Source: Thermodesulfobacteriota bacterium (GTDB lineage: Bacteria > Desulfobacterota_D > UBA1144 > Nemesobacterales > N074bin48). From it: DNA of 26,603 nucleotides. This document shows, piece after piece, positions 1 to 8,698 of the stretch (the first letter of the stretch is position 1; every line of letters starts with the position of its first letter). Made by a program: the position numbers and the translations under genes. The notes under the pieces are model-generated. The model did no database searches, had not been told where the DNA came from, and saw only the letters and a program-made list of their open reading frames with translations. The DNA lies in assembly GCA_041572575.1 (NCBI GenBank), contig JBFFSH010000032.1, positions 1 through 26,603 of the forward strand. The letters are read 5' to 3'.

Positions 1-100
1 CGGCCGCTTTACATGCCGGCACTTCCAATACAAACATTTGTATTAGCTTGCTTATCTTACTATTTGATAGTTTTGTATTCTTAAGTAACTTCTTTTGCAT
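1..100 (-). CDS. IS1595/IS1016-like transposase, N-terminal fragment (partial)
   Basis: ATG at 100, open to the edge: MQKKLLKNTKLSNSKISKLIQMFVLEVPACKAA. Resembles the IS1016 transposase N-terminus (..RLSQYKQNKLIELFVAGVTARTAA..). Confidence 0.65.
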   Translation of the reverse strand, partial: MQKKLLKNTKLSNSKISKLIQMFVLEVPACKAA

Positions 101-140
101 AGTTTCAGCTTAGTATACTTTGCTGTCCTATGCGAGCTCC
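1..140 (-). mobile_element. Left end of an IS1595-family (IS1016-like) insertion sequence, truncated by the window edge
   Basis: Minus strand from 140 reads GGAGCTCGCATAGGACAGC, resembling IS1016-type ends (GGGGCT..TAG..AGC). The flank is AT-rich and a transposase-like ORF starts 40 nt inside. Confidence 0.6.
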
Positions 141-238
141 ATTATTAAATTAGATTTACGAATTATATAAAGCTTACCCCAGGGGAATTTTATTTAGGAA
201 AATATTTGTAAAAAAGGGAATAAATTAAATAAATAGAG

Positions 239-269
239 TTGAGGCAACTGTTATTTACAGTTGCCTCAA
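239..269 (-). terminator. Probable intrinsic terminator of the 1325-aa gene
   Basis: Perfect 13-bp inverted repeat TTGAGGCAACTGT-tattt-ACAGTTGCCTCAA, 40 nt past the stop, with T-rich sequence following on the minus strand. Confidence 0.7.
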
Positions 270-308
270 AATATTATAAATCCGAAAAATTATTACAATA
301 AAATCTGT

Positions 309-3300
309 CTAGCAATCAGAATCAGCTGCATCTATAAGTCCGTCACAATCATTATCTAAACCGTCTGAACATCTTGGTCCTTTTTCTTTTGAATGTGTAG
401 GTACACAGCTGCATGCAAGATCTCCGCTGCAATCGATATCATTACAGTCGATATCGCTGTCACAATCATCATCAATACCATCTGAACACATACTCTCTGA
501 TACCGGAGGTGTTCCACAGTCAGCAGAACATGTACACATATCCTCTCCACTCTCACACACTGCATCACCACACACAGGAGGCGGGCAGTCTATACCACAG
601 CTCGAGGTGTCTTCAGCTCCCTCACAGATAAGATCACCACAGCAGTAAGGTACTGAAGAGGTTTCAGTACATGAGAACGGGTCATTGTTGCACTGACTGC
701 TTCCACATACTCCACCTTCGCCACAGCAGTATTGAGTCTTTGGATTACCCTTGGTTTTTGAATTGCAGTCAGATGGACATGAGTTACAGTCTTCACCATC
801 AGCCGTCTCACATATTCCGTTTCCACATGAAGGACCGCTGCCTGATATGCAGTCATTTGGACAATTATTACAGTCTTCGGAGCCTGAACAAACTCCATCG
901 TTATTACATAAAGGTGGAGGGGTAGGAGTTGGGGTTGGAGTAGGAGTAGGTGTCGGTATTGTATTAATAATTTCATAATTTGCATTATCTGAACCCGTAA
1001 ATGTCTGCTCATTATCATCCGTAGCTTCCGCAGTAATCGGATAATCCGCATCTGCCGCACCTGGATCGGATGTCACACTCCAATCTACATTTGTTGACTG
1101 TCCGGAATCCAGATTCACTGTGGATGGATTAAAATTAGAACCCCATCCGCCGGGTACACTCGAGCTCATTGTAAAGCTTGTCGATGCACAGGCAAGGTTA
1201 TGAACATTTTGTACCGAGACTGTATAATTGAGCGTTTCCCCAGCCGTACCCGTCTGATCTGCAGGAGAGACTGAAATAATAGGACTTGCCTGCTCACAGA
1301 ACTGAAAAATGTATATACCGCCCTCAAGATTTGTCTTACCCGGTGCTCCGATAATTGCAGTTCTTCCGGATATATCAATCGATGATCCAAAGCTTATTCC
1401 TGTTGTTCCCTGATCTGTAACAATTGAGTCACCGTTTCCATTAACCGCAATCCAGAACGGTTCCTCAAATTGAGGCCCTGTACCTATTGCATTTCCAGAA
1501 AGTACTGTCCGGTTGCCGGTTGCAGGATCAATCACCAAAACCTCATCTCTAAAATTATCTACAACGGCAAGCTCTCCGCTAGCAAGTGTCGCTATGCCTT
1601 CAGGGAACTGAAGATCCGGGCCTGTACCGGTTGTATCATCTGCTATAATGGAACATGCACCTGTTGTGCTGTTGACTTCCAATATCGCCCAGTCTTCTAT
1701 TACTGAGGTTGACTCATTAAGATCAATGACTACTACTGCAAGATTATTGCTTGCCATTATATCTATTCCTAGCGGACGATTAAAAGACCTTCCCGCTACA
1801 CATGAAGTAGTATCAGCAAGTTGCTGAACATTACCCGTGGAGGTGTTTACTCGAGCTATTGACGGTTCAATTATATCTACACAACCCACGCAGCCAAACT
1901 GAAAACAGTCCGGCGGTATACAATCGGGATCGAGAGCACAATCGAAGCACTGTTGAGTACCATTTTCAATTATCATTTGTAAGTCAGTAACCACTACATT
2001 ACCGCTGCCCTCAAGCGCTATTCCAAATGGAAAACCGAGTGCTGGATAGCTGCCAGTATTATTAACTATTGATCTGCTGCCACTTACTCCGTCTATTTGT
2101 ATTACTATTGCACTTCCGGGGTCTGTGACAAATAGGTCTCCACCGCCGTCAAAATCAAGATCTATAGGTAGTACAAATGGAATTGAAGGAGCACCCGAAT
2201 TGTCTTCATATATAGCCTGGTTACCTGTAGCCGGGTCTACAGAAATGATTGCAGGTATACCCTTATCTGCTATTAAATATTTCTCTCCAGGACCAGGGTT
2301 TTCAACAACTATACCCTCGGGTTCTGATAACAAATTGCCGGTTCCCGTTGTATTGTCAGATACAATTGATCTGTTTCCTGTTGTGTCATCTATTTCAAAT
2401 ACTCCCAGTCCTTTCAGTGCACCAGTGCCGGGAGCCGCATCCGAAGCAGTAAATTTTTCAAGCGCTCCCCATGTACCGCTGAGCTCAGAGCCATAAAATG
2501 CTCCCGAACCATTTCCTCCGTCGTCATCCCCCGGAGAACCTACGAACATAAGGTCAGACATCACTACAACTGCTGAGCCAAGTGCATCAAAATCTTCGGC
2601 ATCAGACGCAGTCAATTTAATTATCTGCCCCCAATTATTAGCTCCGCCCTCGTCCCTTCCGAAAAAGTACACTGAGCCAGCATCTATTGTTGTTCCAAGA
2701 TCATCTGCTCCTGCACCAACAACGACTGTATCCATATCGATTGACACAGATATACCAAACACGTCATCATCCGCTGCATCAGAGGCTGAAATTTTCGAAA
2801 CCTCACCCCAGTTATCGGCACCGCCCTGATTCCTGTCATATACATAAGCTGCTCCAGAAATTGATACCCCGGCAATACTATGTGCAGGAGCACCGATTAC
2901 TGCCGTATCGACACTGATAGAAGACGCAAACCCAAAACTGTCATCTACCACTCCGTCAGATGCGGCAACTTTAGCTACTTGTCCCCAATTATCTACTCCT
3001 CCCTGGTCTTTCTGAAACACATAAGCCGCACCTTGTCCGCTGCTGTCACCCGGGGCTCCAACAATTAGTGTTTCTCCGTCTATTGTCACAGAAAATCCAA
3101 ACTGATTCCCTACTGTTCCATCAGTGGCTTCAAGTCTTTTGACTTGTCCCCAATTGTCTACCCCGCCTTGATTCCGAGAGAATATATATACCGCTCCCTC
3201 GTCCGTAGGACAGGAAGAAGTGGTTGTTATTGTATTTGCACCTACTGCGATAACATCTCCGCTTACGTCCACTGAAAATCCAAATGTTTTGCAGGCAGCT

Positions 3301-4286
3301 GCATCTGATGGTGTAATCTTTTTAAATTCACCCCAGTTGTTTACCCCACCTGAATCCTTTGTATGTATATATGCAGACCCAGAGAGGTCACCGTTATCAT
3401 TATCACCGGGAGACCCAACAATTGCCACATGGCCATCTATACCTACAGACTGGCCATATTTTGCAAGTACATCCGGATCACTGGCTGTGTGAATCAGTGT
3501 TTCCTGAATCATAATTGGGTCAATGACAATAGGATAAACAGCATTATTATCATCAATTTTTATTGATATAATATCATCGCTGATGCTCATAGAAGATGGA
3601 AGAACCTTTCTATTAGAGTCATAAGCTAATAGTTTTGAGTAGTTAAATTTTACTTCTCCGTTGTCTTTTTTCCATATTATTTCCTTACCGTATTTTTTTA
3701 CTTCTGGATGGAGTCTTGTGTCATATTCAACTTGTAATATGAGATTTGATTTATCATTATTTTCATTAGGTGAGCTGTATACGGTAAAACCCTGTTCGAG
3801 ACCAAACGGCTTATTTACATACCATTCTGTAATATTTCCCCGTTCATAATTTATTTTGTTAGCTGATGTAGATATATATGGCACAGATACTGGAGCAATT
3901 TCATTTTCATAGCCGAAACCCTTAAATCTAAGTCCAATATGCCATGTTGAAGTTTTATTGTATAAAGGAGTGATAGTGAGTCCATGATCATTAAAAGTTG
4001 CTGACAGATTATTCCTCTTAGTCTGTGCTTTATAAGTTCCGTCTACATCTTTTATGATCTTATAATCATCAATGTTCCTTCCAGTAGTTTCCAGAAGCAA
4101 TGGAACCAGCCTTTCGGGAATTCTGGGTTTATCCTCTTGTGTGATTACTTTCCGGGATGTATTAATATTGTTATCTGAGCTTAGAATCTGCCTTGAATTA
4201 TTGTTGAAAAGTACAAATACTGAAACAATTAAACAAAGAAATACTGCAGCTCCTATAAATATAGGATATTTAAGTTTGTTAATCAT
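309..4286 (-). CDS. Large secreted/membrane-anchored FG-GAP repeat (integrin-alpha-like propeller) protein with NHL-like propeller, NEW3/Ig-like domain, Pro-Thr linker and Cys-rich tail; putative adhesin
   Basis: N-terminal hydrophobic helix; EWYVN..GLEQGF..YPIVIDP domain typical of such proteins; ~7 TASD..FG.SV.I.GD..VVGA repeats; P.GI...G...V.D repeats; PTPTPT linker; DGxDxDCDGxID motifs; SD GGAGCGGG upstream. Confidence 0.85.
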   Translation of the reverse strand: MINKLKYPIFIGAAVFLCLIVSVFVLFNNNSRQILSSDNNINTSRKVITQEDKPRIPERLVPLLLETTGRNIDDYKIIKDVDGTYKAQTKRNNLSATFNDHGLTITPLYNKTSTWHIGLRFKGFGYENEIAPVSVPYISTSANKINYERGNITEWYVNKPFGLEQGFTVYSSPNENNDKSNLILQVEYDTRLHPEVKKYGKEIIWKKDNGEVKFNYSKLLAYDSNRKVLPSSMSISDDIISIKIDDNNAVYPIVIDPIMIQETLIHTASDPDVLAKYGQSVGIDGHVAIVGSPGDNDNGDLSGSAYIHTKDSGGVNNWGEFKKITPSDAAACKTFGFSVDVSGDVIAVGANTITTTSSCPTDEGAVYIFSRNQGGVDNWGQVKRLEATDGTVGNQFGFSVTIDGETLIVGAPGDSSGQGAAYVFQKDQGGVDNWGQVAKVAASDGVVDDSFGFASSISVDTAVIGAPAHSIAGVSISGAAYVYDRNQGGADNWGEVSKISASDAADDDVFGISVSIDMDTVVVGAGADDLGTTIDAGSVYFFGRDEGGANNWGQIIKLTASDAEDFDALGSAVVVMSDLMFVGSPGDDDGGNGSGAFYGSELSGTWGALEKFTASDAAPGTGALKGLGVFEIDDTTGNRSIVSDNTTGTGNLLSEPEGIVVENPGPGEKYLIADKGIPAIISVDPATGNQAIYEDNSGAPSIPFVLPIDLDFDGGGDLFVTDPGSAIVIQIDGVSGSRSIVNNTGSYPALGFPFGIALEGSGNVVVTDLQMIIENGTQQCFDCALDPDCIPPDCFQFGCVGCVDIIEPSIARVNTSTGNVQQLADTTSCVAGRSFNRPLGIDIMASNNLAVVVIDLNESTSVIEDWAILEVNSTTGACSIIADDTTGTGPDLQFPEGIATLASGELAVVDNFRDEVLVIDPATGNRTVLSGNAIGTGPQFEEPFWIAVNGNGDSIVTDQGTTGISFGSSIDISGRTAIIGAPGKTNLEGGIYIFQFCEQASPIISVSPADQTGTAGETLNYTVSVQNVHNLACASTSFTMSSSVPGGWGSNFNPSTVNLDSGQSTNVDWSVTSDPGAADADYPITAEATDDNEQTFTGSDNANYEIINTIPTPTPTPTPTPTPPPLCNNDGVCSGSEDCNNCPNDCISGSGPSCGNGICETADGEDCNSCPSDCNSKTKGNPKTQYCCGEGGVCGSSQCNNDPFSCTETSSVPYCCGDLICEGAEDTSSCGIDCPPPVCGDAVCESGEDMCTCSADCGTPPVSESMCSDGIDDDCDSDIDCNDIDCSGDLACSCVPTHSKEKGPRCSDGLDNDCDGLIDAADSDC

Positions 4287-4429
4287 TTTCCCCGCTCCTT
4301 TATTAAAGAATTATGATTAATTAAAAGTTTATTGTTTTATTACATATAAGTCTTCAACCCCACAAGATAAAACTCTTCTGCAAAGATTATTGGGACTTAT
4401 GGGATCAGGAAAAAGAGAAGTGATACCCG

Positions 4430-4522
4430 ATGTCAGCAGCCTGGCAGCCTGATTTCTCTCGAAACTTACGGCCCAATAGCTTTGCGTCCCACCCTTTCAA
4501 GTGGTTTGCCTTTTCTTATCGT
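4430..4522 (-). promoter_or_regulatory. c-di-GMP-I (GEMM) riboswitch
   Basis: Minus strand reads GGCAAACCACTT-GAAA-GGGTGGGACGCAAAGC...GGCCGTAA...AGGCTGCCAGGCTGCTGA, matching the GEMM consensus with a GNRA tetraloop and GACGCAAAGC junction. Located in the 5' UTR of the 1325-aa gene. Confidence 0.93.
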
Positions 4523-4530
4523 ACATTTAG

Positions 4531-4559
4531 ATATTAATTTTTATTAATAAAGAAGTCAA
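4531..4559 (-). promoter_or_regulatory. sigma70-type promoter for the riboswitch/adhesin transcript
   Basis: TTGACT-17 nt-TAATAT on the minus strand, putting the start site just ahead of the aptamer. Confidence 0.6.
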
Positions 4560-4584
4560 TAAAAATATTTTTATTTAAATTGTA

Positions 4585-6513
4585 TTAGCAGTCCGGATCG
4601 GCCCCGTCTGTAAATCCATCACAGTCATTGTCTAACCCGTCTGAACATCTTTTACCCTTTTCATTTGAATGAGTCGGCGTACAAGAACTACTGCATGCAG
4701 GATCCGAATCACAGTCACTGTCACTGCAATCTATAGCACCGTCACAATCATCATCACCGCCATCAGAGCATGACAATTCAGAAGCTGGTGGTGTACCACA
4801 GTCTGCAGAGCATGAGCAAATGTCTTCTCCTGTATCACAAGTGCCGTCACCACATACCGGTGGCGATCCGCAGTCAAGCTCACAGCTGCTGCTGTCTTCT
4901 GCACCCTCACATACTGCATCCCCACAGCAGTAAGACGCCGAAGTTGTTTCAGTACATGAGTATGGATCGGCATTACACTGGCTGCTGCCGCATACTCCAC
5001 CATCACCACAGCAATAGTGAGTCTTTGGATTGCCCTTGGTTTTTGAGTCGCAGTCAGAAGCACAGGAATTACAGTCTTCTCCTGCCGCTGCCTCACATAT
5101 TCCATTGCCGCATGAAGGTCCGCTTCCGGAAACACAATCGGATGGGCATGAATTACAGTCCTCCCCTATATCACAAGCTCCATTACCACATGTACTGCAT
5201 GTACCGCAGTCAGTCTCACATGTAGTACAGGTTTCATCCCCGTCACATGTGCCGTCTCCACAGCTTGAGCATGAACCGCAATCAGAAGGGCATGAAGAAC
5301 ATGTCTCTGAAGATTCACAAGTACCGTTTCCACATTCATCTGGTGTCGGGTCTAATACACCAGAACAGTCTCCAAGAGTATTTGTTGCATCTCCTCCTGC
5401 ACCAAATGTTACAGTTGCTACGACACATTTTACAGGTGCTTGTTGTGCGCTGGGTCCAGTAAGTTCATTGAATGCAAGGTTAATATAATAGCCGCTTATA
5501 TGAAATTTTTGTGTCTGTATTCTGATACCGTTAAAAAGACCAACCTGGTAGTCGTTAGGATCAGCCGCGTCCATATGAATATGCGGATCATAAGAGTTTG
5601 GATGATCTGCATGATAAGGACATTCGTTTACCCCCCCACTATCAAAACTCTCCCAAGGAACGCTCGAGCTGTCTTTATGAGTGTACTGCCTGTTCCATAG
5701 ATTTACATCAAACCATGAGGGGTTTACATTATAACCAAGAGAATCTGCAGTATTTCCCGGTTGCTGAACCAAATTGTCAGATTGGTCATATAAAAATAGT
5801 TCTACTCTGTTTATATCAACCCTGGGTGATTCTACAGTGATCTGAACAAACGGTTGAGAAAGATCTGCAATGGTACTATTAAAAGTAATAGTTGCCGAAT
5901 CTGTACTCACATACGGCAAGATTCCTACAGGGTTAATGCAGTCTCTTTGCCAGCTTGAAAACGGGTCTTCGGGCTTAGCATCCCTTATTTCCATATGGAG
6001 GTGATCAAAACCGCTTCCACTCTCACCGGAATAACCAATAAACTGTCCTTTGCTTACATTTTGTCCCTGGTTAACCACAGCGCTGTCCATATGAAGGTAG
6101 TTGCTGTGATAACATCCAGAATTGCTGCATGAGGTCTCGCCGTTTCTAAAATGCCTAATGATTATTACAGGATCAGAATAGCTTGGATGGTCACCCGCCG
6201 TTCTAACTTCACCGTCGGCAACTGCAAATACCGGTGTTCCTATAGGGGTAGCTATATCAATCCCTCTGTGAAAATCGTATCTCTCATTTTCTGATACAAG
6301 TGGCCTCGGCCCGAATACCGATCTTATCGGTAAATCTGTATGATCGGGATTTCCAAACCTTTCGGCAGGGCAGTCGTCTCCAACCTGCCATCCCGCAGGA
6401 GGATTTTCAGTAATTCTTCCGCAAAGCGGCCAGGCCATATTCGCATCAAACTGCTGAGTGAAAGCATCTGAAGATAACAAAAATACTAAAAGTAATCCTA
6501 AAAATCGATACAT
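4585..6513 (-). CDS. Secreted M23-family metallopeptidase with Cys-rich C-terminal repeats
   Basis: Signal peptide; HRGID (HxxxD) and HLH zinc motifs, plus YLHM and GYSGESG; CGxGxC...ExCxxCxxDC repeats; SD GGAGG. Confidence 0.88.
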   Translation of the reverse strand: MYRFLGLLLVFLLSSDAFTQQFDANMAWPLCGRITENPPAGWQVGDDCPAERFGNPDHTDLPIRSVFGPRPLVSENERYDFHRGIDIATPIGTPVFAVADGEVRTAGDHPSYSDPVIIIRHFRNGETSCSNSGCYHSNYLHMDSAVVNQGQNVSKGQFIGYSGESGSGFDHLHMEIRDAKPEDPFSSWQRDCINPVGILPYVSTDSATITFNSTIADLSQPFVQITVESPRVDINRVELFLYDQSDNLVQQPGNTADSLGYNVNPSWFDVNLWNRQYTHKDSSSVPWESFDSGGVNECPYHADHPNSYDPHIHMDAADPNDYQVGLFNGIRIQTQKFHISGYYINLAFNELTGPSAQQAPVKCVVATVTFGAGGDATNTLGDCSGVLDPTPDECGNGTCESSETCSSCPSDCGSCSSCGDGTCDGDETCTTCETDCGTCSTCGNGACDIGEDCNSCPSDCVSGSGPSCGNGICEAAAGEDCNSCASDCDSKTKGNPKTHYCCGDGGVCGSSQCNADPYSCTETTSASYCCGDAVCEGAEDSSSCELDCGSPPVCGDGTCDTGEDICSCSADCGTPPASELSCSDGGDDDCDGAIDCSDSDCDSDPACSSSCTPTHSNEKGKRCSDGLDNDCDGFTDGADPDC

Positions 6514-6554
6514 AATACCAATCCTCCATTAAGCTACTGACTAATTTACGATTA

Positions 6555-6584
6555 ATTATAACCTCTGTACTATTTAATAATCAA
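6555..6584 (-). promoter_or_regulatory. Possible sigma70 promoter of the M23 gene
   Basis: TTGATT-18 nt-TATAAT on the minus strand; the AT-rich context makes a chance match possible. Confidence 0.35.
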
Positions 6585-6748
6585 GTCTTAAATATTACAA
6601 AAGTCTAATTCAAAGGGATCGATAAAACAGGAACTGACGTAAAGAATATATTATCCCATACAAATCATCTTGGCTCATCAAGATATTTAACAGACTTAGA
6701 AATAGAAGATGTATGGACTGAACATCATACAAAATCTATACGGTTATT

Positions 6749-7846
6749 TTATGCTCTTCCCATCTGATAAATCCAGCGGTAATGCGATGCAATACCTTCA
6801 GAGAGGTTTTTATATGCATTGTATGTAATGCCAAATTCATTGCATGTCTTCTCGACAATTTTGGAAAGTTCAGGGTAGTGTACATGACAAATCTTTGGGA
6901 ACAGGTGATGCTCTACCTGAAAGTTAAGCCCGCCTACATACCAGTTAAGAATTTTATTATCTCTCGAGAAGTCTGCTGTGGTTTTTAACTGATGCACAAG
7001 CCAGCTGGAACCGAGTCTCTCATCGTCATTTTCATGCTCTACAAAATCCGCTTCTTCGTTACAGTGAGCAAGCTGGAACACTATAGTAAGAACAATGCCC
7101 TGGGCAAATACAATCAGAAAGTATGCAAGTGCTACTGCCCAAAATGGATAAAAGAACGATGGGATTACAAGAGCTAAAGAAAAAAACAAGATTTTACCAA
7201 AGAAAAACATAAACAGATCCCAGCCCTTTGGACGCGGAAAAGTATGGTTATGTATCTTCTTGGTTATGTAGTTATAGAAATCCTGATAAACATGCCAGTT
7301 GATTATGAGAAAACCGTAAATAATCCATATATAGATGTGTTGGTATCTGTGGAAAAAATATCTTTTTTGATGAGGGCTCAGCCTCGCAAATATGCCTGGT
7401 TCTATATCATCATCTATGCCTGTGATATTTGGATATGTGTGGTGCAGGTAATTGTGTTTCCAGTTCCAAAAATATGAGCTGCCTCCAATAAGGTCGAGGC
7501 TATAGCCCATGAGTTTGTTAATATAAGGGTTATTGGAATATGCTCTATGGTTACCATCATGCATGATATTAAAACCAACAGCATTTAATGCCAGACTCAA
7601 AGAAACGGCTGAGAGCACAATACCCCATGTTGGAAGGTTCATAAAAACCAAAAAAACATATGAAGCTATGAGCCAGGAAAGTACAATAGCTGTTTTGCCG
7701 TACATCCTGAGGTTGTCTCTTTTAGTTAGATTTTTATCGTTAAAGTATTCGTCCACTCTTGCCCTAAGCTCTTTTTCAAACTCTCTTACAGGCAAAAATC
7801 TGATCTTTCTATTACCTTCAAGTTCACTACTGTTTGTACCACTCAT
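6749..7846 (-). CDS. Membrane fatty acid (acyl-CoA/acyl-lipid) desaturase
   Basis: Three His boxes HDGNH, HNYLHH and QVEHH; GGLNFQ motif; several TM helices. Confidence 0.93.
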   Translation of the reverse strand: MSGTNSSELEGNRKIRFLPVREFEKELRARVDEYFNDKNLTKRDNLRMYGKTAIVLSWLIASYVFLVFMNLPTWGIVLSAVSLSLALNAVGFNIMHDGNHRAYSNNPYINKLMGYSLDLIGGSSYFWNWKHNYLHHTYPNITGIDDDIEPGIFARLSPHQKRYFFHRYQHIYIWIIYGFLIINWHVYQDFYNYITKKIHNHTFPRPKGWDLFMFFFGKILFFSLALVIPSFFYPFWAVALAYFLIVFAQGIVLTIVFQLAHCNEEADFVEHENDDERLGSSWLVHQLKTTADFSRDNKILNWYVGGLNFQVEHHLFPKICHVHYPELSKIVEKTCNEFGITYNAYKNLSEGIASHYRWIYQMGRA

Positions 7847-7984
7847 TGCCTTACATCCTGCATTAAATTATTTAACCGCCAATTTTATGCCCTAAAAGGA
7901 TATATTTCAACTATTATTTAAATTTAATAAATAAATATTGAAATGTAGAAAAGAAAATCGGGACTCATAGGAGCACTATTAATA

Positions 7985-8524
7985 TTAGTTATGCTCCTCG
8001 GCAAATAAATTATTCCACTTAATAGATTTACTTAAATATTTAGCTGCAGACACTATAAAATTATATTTATTTTGATCAAACTTGTTTATATAAGAAGTCC
8101 AAACAAGAATTGCACCCTTTGGTTTAGACAGGCTATCCACATTATCCTTTATGGGAAATCCAATAAATCCTTTTTGTATATTCATACCAAATTTGTTCGA
8201 TATCATTCTAAAATTTGTATCTTGTGATTCTAATACACTATTGGATTTAATAATGTTTCTTGCCAGATATTTTGTCTTTTCAATTCTTGAGAAATTCCTC
8301 GGGAAATCCTGATGCATATTTCTGTGAACTACTAATCTTAATTCATTGTTTTCTTCATCCACTATATAAATCATAAGATTGGCAATTTCTTTTATGCCTA
8401 TAAGATAATCAGCAAAACTGCTAAATATCTGGTCAATTACCTGCTGAGTTTTATAATCATAAGCAACACCCGGATCTAAATCACTGCTTCTAATATGAGA
8501 AGATATATTCATCATTGCCTCCAT
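7985..8524 (-). CDS. Stand-alone GAF-domain protein
   Basis: MIYIVDEENNELRLVVHRN ... FIGFPI ... GAILVW ... C-terminal helix pattern of GAF folds; no output domain. Confidence 0.7.
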   Translation of the reverse strand: MEAMMNISSHIRSSDLDPGVAYDYKTQQVIDQIFSSFADYLIGIKEIANLMIYIVDEENNELRLVVHRNMHQDFPRNFSRIEKTKYLARNIIKSNSVLESQDTNFRMISNKFGMNIQKGFIGFPIKDNVDSLSKPKGAILVWTSYINKFDQNKYNFIVSAAKYLSKSIKWNNLFAEEHN

Positions 8525-8571
8525 AATTTCAATTACAATGAATTCTTGTATTTATTCCTGTATTTATTAAT

Positions 8572-8587
8572 TGCAAACTTCATACCA
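8572..8587 (-). promoter_or_regulatory. sigma54 (-24/-12) promoter
   Basis: Minus strand TGGTATGAAGTTTGCA = GG-N10-GC, 47 nt upstream of the GAF gene start. Confidence 0.65.
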
Positions 8588-8698
8588 ATTAATTATTTAT
8601 TCAAAGAGGTTTAAAAGTTAGAATAATCGAGATTAATGCTTATAATTAATATCATATATAACTATTATAATTATTATTGTAATTAAACGGATCTAAGC

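Noticed and set aside
914..957. Short tandem DNA repeat
   Set aside because: It is the degenerate coding of a Pro-Thr linker, not a perfect phase-variable tract.
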